64,000 bases of DNA from positions 31,511 through 95,510 of IMG/VR virus record IMGVR_UViG_3300046002_005654. One strand, 5' to 3'. Source of the stretch: a virus. Positions 30,987 to 38,731 of this stretch are shown piece after piece. The position numbers were made by a program, and so were the translations under genes. The notes under the pieces were generated by a model that ran no database searches, had not been told where the DNA came from, and saw only the letters and a list, made by a program, of their open reading frames with translations. How positions within the stretch are numbered: the first letter of the stretch is position 1; each line of letters starts with the position of its first letter.

Positions 30987-31345
30987 TACTTTAAAAATTT
31001 TGCTTTAATAAATCTATCTTCAATTATTGCGAAAGTATTTAGACCTACTTGAATAGGGTCTATCTTAACTTGTTCTCTTACTTCGTAAGCATTATTTGAT
31101 TCTGTTTTAACAGGAACCATCATTTTTTCTATATCTATAAGTACTTCATCTCCAGCGGAAACGGTTATGTCTCTAAAATTTATTGTTCCGGCAACTATAA
31201 ACTGCCTGTCTGATAGTACATTTTCTGATAATACTAATTCACCATCTTCCTCTAAGTTATTTAAAGTAATAATTACTTTATTAAATAACGGTTGTAACGG
31301 AAAATCAATTATAACCTCTCCAACCTCTTCTTTACTCAATCTCAT
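30986..31345 (-). CDS. GroES-like co-chaperonin
   Basis: LQPLFNKVII, VSAGDEVLI, FAIIEDRFIKA mirror the GroES beta-barrel pattern; near groEL. Confidence 0.65.
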   Translation of the reverse strand: MRLSKEEVGEVIIDFPLQPLFNKVIITLNNLEEDGELVLSENVLSDRQFIVAGTINFRDITVSAGDEVLIDIEKMMVPVKTESNNAYEVREQVKIDPIQVGLNTFAIIEDRFIKAKFLK

Positions 31346-31640
31346 TCTTGTTTTGTTTTAAATTATGGTATTCTTTTAATTTATCTTTTTGTTTTAAAAG
31401 CTTTTTATATACATTGTATGTTGTATATAGTTTTCCTAGATGTGCAAATATAAAATTAGTTTTTAATTTATTAAATTCAACTTCATTTTCTATTCCATCT
31501 AACTCAATACTCACTATAGTTTCTCTTGCAAATCTATATGGTGAGTTTACTATTTTATTTATAACACTGTCTTGTAGATGATGTTTTAAACCAATTTTAT
31601 GCATTAATAGTTTAACCTTATCACTATCTACTTTATTCAT
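31332..31640 (-). CDS. HU/IHF-like DNA-binding protein
   Basis: N-terminal helices followed by FIFAHLGKLY. Confidence 0.45.
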   Translation of the reverse strand: MNKVDSDKVKLLMHKIGLKHHLQDSVINKIVNSPYRFARETIVSIELDGIENEVEFNKLKTNFIFAHLGKLYTTYNVYKKLLKQKDKLKEYHNLKQNKNEIE

Positions 31641-32031
31641 TATCTACTATATTAAAATTAAATATAATTTTAAAGCTCTTACAATTATTTGTTAATTCAG
31701 GAATAAACTTACTAGCTATCTCGCCTTCAATAATAATATTCTTTTTTCTAAGAGTTGTTAGTATGTTGTGAAGACCATTGCTATTCATTTTCTTTCCTTC
31801 AAATAAAGGATCGTCCATTATTTTTATCTTAGTATCATAATCAAATACAACCTTCCATAATATTTTATTATTAGTTATTTCTTTTTTGTATTTATAATGA
31901 TAATATAAAAGTAATGACAATACTTGTTGCTGTTGATTATTAAGTCCGTGAAAGCTGCTTGTGACATCTAACCATTTAAGAAATAAATCTTTTAACTTAA
32001 CATTTAAATTAGCTTCTTTAACATTAATCAT
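31633..32031 (-). CDS. putative winged-helix DNA-binding protein
   Basis: LNNQQQQVLSLLL...LHNILTTLRKKNII pattern. Confidence 0.45.
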   Translation of the reverse strand: MINVKEANLNVKLKDLFLKWLDVTSSFHGLNNQQQQVLSLLLYYHYKYKKEITNNKILWKVVFDYDTKIKIMDDPLFEGKKMNSNGLHNILTTLRKKNIIIEGEIASKFIPELTNNCKSFKIIFNFNIVDNE

Positions 32032-32344
32032 TTTTTCTTTTTTGTACGTAATCATTGTATTCATATATGTTTTTAAAATCTCGTAAATCATTTACTGATC
32101 CACATCTAAAACATACATTATTGTCAATATCATCTACTACAATATGTAAACTATTACAGTGCCTACAAGCCACTACAGGCTCACTATCGTAGTCTCTTAA
32201 TTTATTCTCCTTAATCTCCCTAATTTTGTTGTCTAAGTCTTTAATATATTCTGTATCAAATACCGGAAAGGGAGATAATACATTATAGTAGTGAAGGTGT
32301 TTAGATAGCGCTATCAGGTATTCTGTTACCTTCTTGCTTTCCAT
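32024..32344 (-). CDS. zinc-ribbon protein
   Basis: CRHCNSL...CFRCGS. Confidence 0.55.
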   Translation of the reverse strand: MESKKVTEYLIALSKHLHYYNVLSPFPVFDTEYIKDLDNKIREIKENKLRDYDSEPVVACRHCNSLHIVVDDIDNNVCFRCGSVNDLRDFKNIYEYNDYVQKRKND

Positions 32345-32552
32345 TTGTTATTTTAATTTTAGCTGACCATAAGTCATTGTTATTATTATCTAATATTATT
32401 TTATAAGAGTAGTTTGAATATGATCTTCTAAACGTTTCCATATTTATTATAAACCTATCTACCTTATCCAATATTTCTTTTATTCCAGTTGCTGGTATTT
32501 CGTATGTGTTATTCAATTCTATTATCTTTTTTATATTGTTCCCATTTATCAT
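32301..32552 (-). CDS. hypothetical protein
   Basis: ORF in operon. Confidence 0.4.
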   Translation of the reverse strand: MINGNNIKKIIELNNTYEIPATGIKEILDKVDRFIINMETFRRSYSNYSYKIILDNNNNDLWSAKIKITNGKQEGNRIPDSAI

Positions 32553-32802
32553 CTTCCATTAAATCAGGAAATCTTTCTCCTTTATTACAACTCTTTGTTG
32601 TAAAGAATCTTCCTGGAAGACTACACCCGCAATGCCTGCACGCACCAGCTTTAACACAATCATCTTTACATTTAAAATGCCTAAATGCTATTTGTTCTTT
32701 AAATGATTCTGAAACAAGTCCTGCCTTATCTAGTATCATATTAGCATTACCTGATATATAATTATATATATTACTTAATGTTATCTCGTGCTTCATTTTC
32801 AT
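32509..32802 (-). CDS. Cys-rich zinc-binding protein
   Basis: CKDDC...CRHCGC...SC. Confidence 0.55.
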   Translation of the reverse strand: MKMKHEITLSNIYNYISGNANMILDKAGLVSESFKEQIAFRHFKCKDDCVKAGACRHCGCSLPGRFFTTKSCNKGERFPDLMEDDKWEQYKKDNRIE

Positions 32803-33010
32803 CTGTATATATTTCTTTTAACATATTTTTTATAATCTTAGGAGACGAATCAAAAGTAATATACTCAAACACATCTTCTCCTAAATCTTTTCTTTCTTTA
32901 AAACATCCTGAATATATATGATACACTTCAGTTCCTTCTGTATTTAAATGAACGCATGAACTTATATCCATCATTCCTAATTCACTATTCAGCTTTACTA
33001 ACATTTCCAA
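32771..33010 (-). CDS. hypothetical protein
   Basis: ORF in operon. Confidence 0.4.
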   Translation of the reverse strand: MEMLVKLNSELGMMDISSCVHLNTEGTEVYHIYSGCFKERKDLGEDVFEYITFDSSPKIIKNMLKEIYTDENEARDNIK

Positions 33011-33254
33011 GTTCTTCTTTATAATTTAATTTTCCTAGCAATACAAACTTCTCCATATTGTCAAGATCTCTACCCAACAGAGGAGTTACATATTCTTGTA
33101 GATTATCCTCTGTAAAAATAACATCTAGTTTTCTTAATTCAGATGCTATTAATTCCATATTATCAAGTCCTTTATAAAACTCTTTTAGATGTTGTTTAAC
33201 TTTCTTCTTCTCTTGAAGTTTAAACTTTCTTTGTGAACTTTTGTATGATTCCAT
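32985..33254 (-). CDS. hypothetical protein
   Basis: coupled ORF. Confidence 0.45.
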   Translation of the reverse strand: MESYKSSQRKFKLQEKKKVKQHLKEFYKGLDNMELIASELRKLDVIFTEDNLQEYVTPLLGRDLDNMEKFVLLGKLNYKEELGNVSKAE

Positions 33255-33526
33255 TATACTTTAAAAGTTTTATATTTAGACTCTCCAGACATTGCTAAAA
33301 GCTCCATATATCTATCAATACTTAATATCATGAAATCAGTTTTAAATTCAACGCTAGACGCTTCATTTAATGGATAGTCTTGTCTATATTTAACTAAATC
33401 TTTATGCCCTCTTAACGCATCGAACAATACTGTTCTTTGCACAAAACTAACATTCTCTTCATTTAATACACCATTCTTTGTAGGCATATCTAATACTGTT
33501 TCTTCCTGTATTCTTAAGTCCTTCAT
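33254..33526 (-). CDS. hypothetical protein
   Basis: coupled ORF. Confidence 0.45.
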   Translation of the reverse strand: MKDLRIQEETVLDMPTKNGVLNEENVSFVQRTVLFDALRGHKDLVKYRQDYPLNEASSVEFKTDFMILSIDRYMELLAMSGESKYKTFKV

Positions 33527-33527
33527 A

Positions 33528-33794
33528 TTAATTATATCTTTTTATTATTACATCAGTATCTATTAAAACACTATTATCTGTAAGTACTAATCTTTCTCTT
33601 ACTTTAAAATTCTTATCTGCTACATATATCTGAACTATATTAGTATCTCTAGTATCTTTAAATATAGCTACATTAATATCTAATAATCTACTTCCGCTTC
33701 TATGCTTGTGAGTATAGTAGTGTTGCATATTTAGCAAATCTTTTTGATTTGAAATCAAATCTTGTCTTATTCTATTATAAATTATTTCTCCCAT
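33528..33794 (-). CDS. hypothetical protein
   Basis: first ORF after a motif-A promoter. Confidence 0.45.
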   Translation of the reverse strand: MGEIIYNRIRQDLISNQKDLLNMQHYYTHKHRSGSRLLDINVAIFKDTRDTNIVQIYVADKNFKVRERLVLTDNSVLIDTDVIIKRYN

Positions 33795-33810
33795 TATCTA
33801 TTTATTTATA

Positions 33811-33842
33811 CAAAGATACAAAATGTTTTTGACATATCCTAA
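33811..33842 (-). promoter_or_regulatory. promoter, motif A
   Basis: TTAGGATATGTCA-N11-TATCTTTG. Confidence 0.8.
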
Positions 33843-34004
33843 TAAAATCGTATTTATTTTTGAATAAATTTAGTTTTATTTAATTCTTCATCTTTTATCT
33901 TTCTTATTTGTTCTTCTAAATCCTGAACATAAGCATAGTTTTGAAGTCTAAATTGCTTTGCTTTTTCTATTGTTAATTTCTTTATCATAGATTCAGCTTC
34001 ATTA

Positions 34005-34229
34005 TTATAACTCATTTTTTTTTGTTTTAGGAATGTATGTTCCTGTTTCGTCTAATATATATTTAGAGTATTCATCTGTATCAATCTTACCATCTGCAAA
34101 AAGAGTACTGATTATTGGTTGAAGAGATTCTGATAAATCAACTCTATTCTTATAGAGCATAGTTCTAAATTCATTCTCCTGTCTCCATCTATCAAAATCA
34201 ATCCAAGGATCTTTTCCGTTATAACTCAT
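34005..34229 (-). CDS. hypothetical protein
   Basis: ORF in operon. Confidence 0.45.
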   Translation of the reverse strand: MSYNGKDPWIDFDRWRQENEFRTMLYKNRVDLSESLQPIISTLFADGKIDTDEYSKYILDETGTYIPKTKKNEL

Positions 34230-34455
34230 TATATCTATTTAGAAGGAAATTTGTGTACGACCCATTATCAAAAACATCATTCATATCTATAAACATTTGT
34301 ACATCTATATGTGTACCATCTGCAAGATAAGCTATATACTTACATTGTTCCATCTTAGCAGCCCAGTCTTGAAAACCTACTGGATCTGTATCTCTTACTA
34401 TTGGTTCAGCTTTAAAGTAAGGTGCTGATTCGTTACATATTACTAATTGTGCCAT
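34219..34455 (-). CDS. hypothetical protein
   Basis: ORF in operon. Confidence 0.45.
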   Translation of the reverse strand: MAQLVICNESAPYFKAEPIVRDTDPVGFQDWAAKMEQCKYIAYLADGTHIDVQMFIDMNDVFDNGSYTNFLLNRYNEL

Positions 34456-34456
34456 A

Positions 34457-34639
34457 TTATTTTTCTTTTATACTAACGTGATTTAAGAATTGACATAAGG
34501 TCATTTTCTCGAAACGTTCTTTTAGTTTATATTCTAATGTTCCAGGTGTTGTAACTTTTTTTAAATACTCTTCTGCAGCGATATGCTGTTCTATATCTAA
34601 TACATTTTCATAAGGATTCATTCCTTTATATTCTTCCAT
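34457..34639 (-). CDS. hypothetical protein
   Basis: ORF in operon. Confidence 0.45.
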   Translation of the reverse strand: MEEYKGMNPYENVLDIEQHIAAEEYLKKVTTPGTLEYKLKERFEKMTLCQFLNHVSIKEK

Positions 34640-34640
34640 G

Positions 34641-34847
34641 TTATTTATATTTTTTTATCCTATTAATAGAACTCATTGGATACCAATGGTCTTCTTTATA
34701 TTTATTATCTTCATCAAAACAAATAAATCTTACCATTTGACTTTCAAATATCATTTTAGCATTACCAACTAAAAAATAATCTGGACTATCATGAAATGTT
34801 ATTTCATAATCAAACTTCTTCATCATATTATCTACTGCTTTTCCCAT
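34641..34847 (-). CDS. hypothetical protein
   Basis: first ORF after a motif-A promoter. Confidence 0.45.
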   Translation of the reverse strand: MGKAVDNMMKKFDYEITFHDSPDYFLVGNAKMIFESQMVRFICFDEDNKYKEDHWYPMSSINRIKKYK

Positions 34848-34864
34848 AACTTAATTTATTTATA

Positions 34865-34896
34865 CAAAGATAATAATAATATTTGACAATTCCTAA
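34865..34896 (-). promoter_or_regulatory. promoter, motif A
   Basis: TTAGGAATTGTCA-N11-TATCTTTG. Confidence 0.8.
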
Positions 34897-34925
34897 TAAA
34901 AAGTGATTTATTTTCAATAAAAAGC

Positions 34926-34964
34926 AAAAAAAAACTCCATACATAGTTTTACTACATAGGAGTT
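34926..34964 (-). terminator. intrinsic terminator
   Basis: CTCCTATGTAG-TAAAA-CTATGTATGGAG + T9. Confidence 0.75.
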
Positions 34965-35180
34965 AGCTAATAACTATATATTCTATAGTTATAATAATTT
35001 ATCATTACTTATTAAGCGTAGCGAGGTTTCCCAAAGAATCGTAATTCCTTAGAAAATCTTGGCTTACCAGTGTTATTGAAGTCGTCATACCTCGTAAAAC
35101 CCGTGATCTCCACATCTAATTGCCCATTAGTGTTATAGTGGAGCAACAATATCCTAAATAAGTTGCCTTTTATTTTACTG
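34926..35180 (-). ncRNA. candidate ~255-nt stand-alone structured RNA
   Basis: own promoter and terminator, several helices, no convincing ORF. Confidence 0.55.
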
Positions 35181-35185
35181 AGCTA

Positions 35186-35260
35186 CAAAGATACAACTAA
35201 TATTTGACATATCCTAATTTTTTAGTGATTATTTTCAAATATTTGTATTACGTAATAGCA
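35186..35260 (-). promoter_or_regulatory. promoter carrying both motif A and motif B
   Basis: TTAGGATATGTCA-N11-TATCTTTG at 35186-35217; TGCTATTACGTAATA at 35246-35260. Confidence 0.8.
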
Positions 35261-35261
35261 C

Positions 35262-35837
35262 TTATATGATTTTATTGCTTTTTAATATGTTATCATTAGC
35301 CCATAAAGGTTGAAGATTTTTATAATTAAATAATTTTATTATATCTTCTTTAGTTTTTGCTGAACCTAATGGTATTATATGATCTATATGCCATTCTCCT
35401 TGATTATTCCAATTCATTCCATTAACAAATAGAGACTCTATATAATCGAATACTTCACTATAGGTTCCTTGTAACAATAATTCTGTTCCTCCGCTTTTTT
35501 GCCATCCCTTAGCCTTAAAAGCCTTTAACGTTCTTCTACGAAGATTTTCTTTCATTTTAAATATAGGATCAACAGCTTTTTTATTACTTTTCCACCTTCT
35601 TTTAGATTCTCTAACTTTTTCTCTGTTATTTTCTTTCCATATTTTTTTTGTTAAAGCTATAGATTCCTTATTATTTTCTATATATTTTTTTATTTTTTCT
35701 TTATTATTACAACTATATTCTTTAGACATTAAGGATTGACATTCTTTACAGTGAGGTTTTATTCCTAATTTTGTGTTCTTATCTTTATTAAATAAATCTA
35801 ATGATTTAATTTCATTACACTTAGTACATTTTTTCAT
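35262..35837 (-). CDS. free-standing HNH endonuclease with N-terminal Zn ribbon
   Basis: CTKC...CKEC; WHIDHIIPL...NLQPLWANDNILKS. Confidence 0.85.
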   Translation of the reverse strand: MKKCTKCNEIKSLDLFNKDKNTKLGIKPHCKECQSLMSKEYSCNNKEKIKKYIENNKESIALTKKIWKENNREKVRESKRRWKSNKKAVDPIFKMKENLRRRTLKAFKAKGWQKSGGTELLLQGTYSEVFDYIESLFVNGMNWNNQGEWHIDHIIPLGSAKTKEDIIKLFNYKNLQPLWANDNILKSNKII

Positions 35838-35854
35838 GTTAAACATATTTAATA

Positions 35855-35886
35855 CAAATATACGAAATATATTTAACATATCCTAA
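35855..35886 (-). promoter_or_regulatory. promoter, motif A
   Basis: TTAGGATATGTTA-N11-TATATTTG. Confidence 0.75.
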
Positions 35887-36080
35887 TTTTTTTTAATATT
35901 TTTTTTTAAAAATTTTTAACTTTTATTAATGTATGCGTGGACTAAGGCCAACTCATACCCCGACTTCTTCAAAATTTTGGGATATACCCGTACCGCTTGG
36001 TATGGAGTTGTCTCAATAGATGTCTAATCAGATGATACGTAGCTATGAATCAGCACTATCATCACAATACTCTAAACGTT

Positions 36081-36545
36081 ATGAACGCTAAAAGATTTTC
36101 AAAAGACGACCAAACTGTATGGTCAAAAGACGCTATCGTTAATGGTGAACCAAGAACAGTAGTTTCTGCTTGCGTTGAGGTTATTGATGAAGTCTTGAAC
36201 CCTGTTACATTATTTGTTACAGAGGAAAAGTCTATGGTATGGATTAAAGGTAACTCTGAAGAGTTGGTTGATAAAACTATTAACTCTGTTATTAAACAGA
36301 TTAATAGTGGTGCAATCAAACCTTACAGAGCTTTCTCTGAAACTCCATTCTATGACGGACAAGACGAAGATATCAATCCTACTACTGAAGTGGCTTTAGG
36401 TCGTTTTAGCCAAGTAAGATTGTGTCCTGCGGATAAACACGCAAGTCTTCATCGTCAATTCATTGTATTGCCATCAATCTCTACAGGAAGTGGTCAACCA
36501 CAACCTGAACTAAAGATTGTTGAAAATGCAGGTACTGAAAAGTAA
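36081..36545 (+). CDS. first rightward (early) gene, unknown function
   Basis: strong high-expression codon bias; PFYDGQDEDINPTT motif; followed by terminator. Confidence 0.6.
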   Translation: MNAKRFSKDDQTVWSKDAIVNGEPRTVVSACVEVIDEVLNPVTLFVTEEKSMVWIKGNSEELVDKTINSVIKQINSGAIKPYRAFSETPFYDGQDEDINPTTEVALGRFSQVRLCPADKHASLHRQFIVLPSISTGSGQPQPELKIVENAGTEK

Positions 36546-36618
36546 TTAGACACATAGTGGTATCTTAAGATACACATTTCGGACATACTGCGTTAAATCG
36601 CGCTTGTACTATGTGAAC

Positions 36619-36651
36619 AAACCCTTATAGAAATATAGGGGTTTTCTTTTT
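36619..36651 (+). terminator. intrinsic terminator
   Basis: AAACCCTTATA-GAAA-TATAGGGGTTT + T-run. Confidence 0.8.
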
Positions 36652-36665
36652 AACTTCACCCAACA

Positions 36666-36791
36666 AATAGAGCTCGCTTATTGCACAACAGAAGTAATTC
36701 GTGTCTTTAGCAACTTATAGAACTCGTGTCCTGCTTATTGTAGTAGAGCTCGTTAACTGCCAGCGTTGTAGCTCTCGATAAGTTAGCAACA
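36666..36791. repeat. degenerate 25-nt-period tandem array (5 units)
   Basis: TAGA(G/A)CTCG-like core; TCG at 36674, 36699, 36724, 36750, 36775. Confidence 0.6.
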
Positions 36792-37096
36792 TAGGTCTTT
36801 TTTTTACAACAGATAAGCCATCTATCTACATTAGCCAGAGGATATTATCTTTTTATCTGTAGTCAATGTGTGTTTGATGATGATTGATTGACTATACCCT
36901 TACACACATATCCAACAATTCAACAACTAATATCACAACAACAACTATAATTATACTATAGCATTTTATGAAAGAATTTATACTCAAACTATTAATATCA
37001 TTAGCTATAATTACATTGCTAATATATACATTTTCAAGCATATTTTAATCAATAATAAACAAATAACTATCAATTTAACTAACTAAATAACAAATT

Positions 37097-37294
37097 ATGA
37101 AAACATTAAAATACATTTTAGGTGTAATATTAGGACTATTAGTTTTAATATTCTTTGAAGGAATATTCATATTAGGTCAAGCATTTAGCTTTGAACAATA
37201 CAATTGGTTTGGATATTTTATTCAAGCATTATTAGTATGTGCCGTAATTATAACATCTATATTTATTACTGAAGAAGAATTAAGTAGGAAATAA
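37097..37294 (+). CDS. small 2-TM membrane protein
   Basis: two hydrophobic segments; AACTAAA...ATTATG initiation region. Confidence 0.55.
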   Translation: MKTLKYILGVILGLLVLIFFEGIFILGQAFSFEQYNWFGYFIQALLVCAVIITSIFITEEELSRK

Positions 37295-37386
37295 CAACAC
37301 ATATAATCATATCGTCACAACTGCACTATTTACTTAGGGTATATTGTTGGGCGATATGTATTGTATAATTTAAATAACTAAATATT

Positions 37387-37902
37387 ATGAATAAACAATT
37401 AATACATAGATATAGCGCATTAGAATTAAATACCATATATCAATTACGTTCTGAAGGTTATACATTTAAAGAAATAACTTTGAAAATAAATAAACAATTT
37501 AATACTAATAGAACTGAGCATAAAATAGAATGTAAATTATCTCATTCAACTAAAAAAGCAAGAACTGTTAAAAAGAAAAAATTAACTATCGAAGATAAAA
37601 CTATTATTAATAATATTAAGAAATATCCAACAAATATAAAATATGCTTTAACATTATCTGCAGAAGAATTACGTACAACATTTGAAAAATTGAATAACAG
37701 ATATTACAAGCATTTAAAATATTCTCACACAATATTAACCGTTGGTACTGAGATTGGGTTTAGTAATAACGTTAAAAATACATTAAGGGATATTGATGGT
37801 AATTTAAAATTACCAGATATGAATGATGTGCAATGGCTAATGAAACAAATATTGAATTTATCAGAACAAGAAAGAAATACGATTAAATTATTATTAACTT
37901 AA
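37387..37902 (+). CDS. putative HTH DNA-binding protein
   Basis: LRSEGYTFKEITLKINKQFNTNRT HTH-like; basic. Confidence 0.5.
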   Translation: MNKQLIHRYSALELNTIYQLRSEGYTFKEITLKINKQFNTNRTEHKIECKLSHSTKKARTVKKKKLTIEDKTIINNIKKYPTNIKYALTLSAEELRTTFEKLNNRYYKHLKYSHTILTVGTEIGFSNNVKNTLRDIDGNLKLPDMNDVQWLMKQILNLSEQERNTIKLLLT

Positions 37903-37904
37903 AG

Positions 37905-38700
37905 AGTTTAATACAAGCCATCCTTAAACAAAACAAGATTATAAAAAGGCTAATTAAGCTAGTTTATGAACAGCAACACAATAGGAACACTTTAAATAAT
38001 CAAATATACGTATATTTGATTATGTATAGAATAGTACAAGTGAAAGAGGTGTGATTCCTTAATTTTAATGGTATCGTATCCATTTAAAACTTGCGATCTA
38101 TGGTCTCTGTGGATAGGGAACACTTGTGAGTTGCAATGATATAAACTCTCAGACAAAAAGGCTAAACATTGAACCTTTGTAAATTATAAAGAAGACTAGG
38201 ACTACAAGTATATAAAGTCTTATTAGTATTGCTAGAGGTAGTGCTCGCAACTTTATGCGATAATTTACATAAAGATACTATCAGTAATGGTAGATGTGTT
38301 GTTCCCTTGAGAAAGGAATAGAGGAAGACAGATATTAAAACTCAGAAGCTATAAACTGTACAACACAAATGAGTTCTCGGCAAGACTACGTGAAAGTATC
38401 AACACAGATAAGTTCAACACGTTAAATAGTCGTGACCCTACTATTAGGCATTAAAGTAGATGTAAATCGAAAAAGTACTGTTTGGTATGTGATAAGAAAG
38501 AGGGTGCTAAACTGTTATGTTCAGCGCTGGAGAAATTCAGTACTAAAATAAAAAACTTAATAACTTCACAAGTCATTGAGTGCACCAGTTTCTTTAGTTA
38601 CAATACAATCTGTACAAATAGTACAGGACTAACAAGTAGTTATAATTCCGTCTGAGCACGGTCAGGAACAACATCTTGTATTGGTATTAAAGTTTTAGGT
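37905..38700 (+). ncRNA. candidate large multi-domain structured RNA (strand inferred from context)
   Basis: ~800 nt with no ORF in the track; four multi-branch domains and pseudoknots by eye. Confidence 0.55.
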
Positions 38701-38731
38701 GTAAAATGCAATTAACTAAAAACAAATAATT

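Noticed and set aside
4628-32761. Short plus-strand ORFs in the left arm, and the nested minus-strand ORF 21186-21590
   Set aside because: Antisense or out-of-frame shadows of real genes, with no initiation signals or motifs
36666-36791. CRISPR or TIGR array
   Set aside because: Period is 25 nt with a degenerate ~9-nt core; no identical repeats, no spacers of suitable length, no cas or Nop-domain gene seen
38370-38510. SAM-I riboswitch (TGA...CGGCAA and GGTGCTAA resemble it)
   Set aside because: No AUC..GAG/GAU P1 and no GCAACC/GGUGC P3 pairing; no met-related gene downstream
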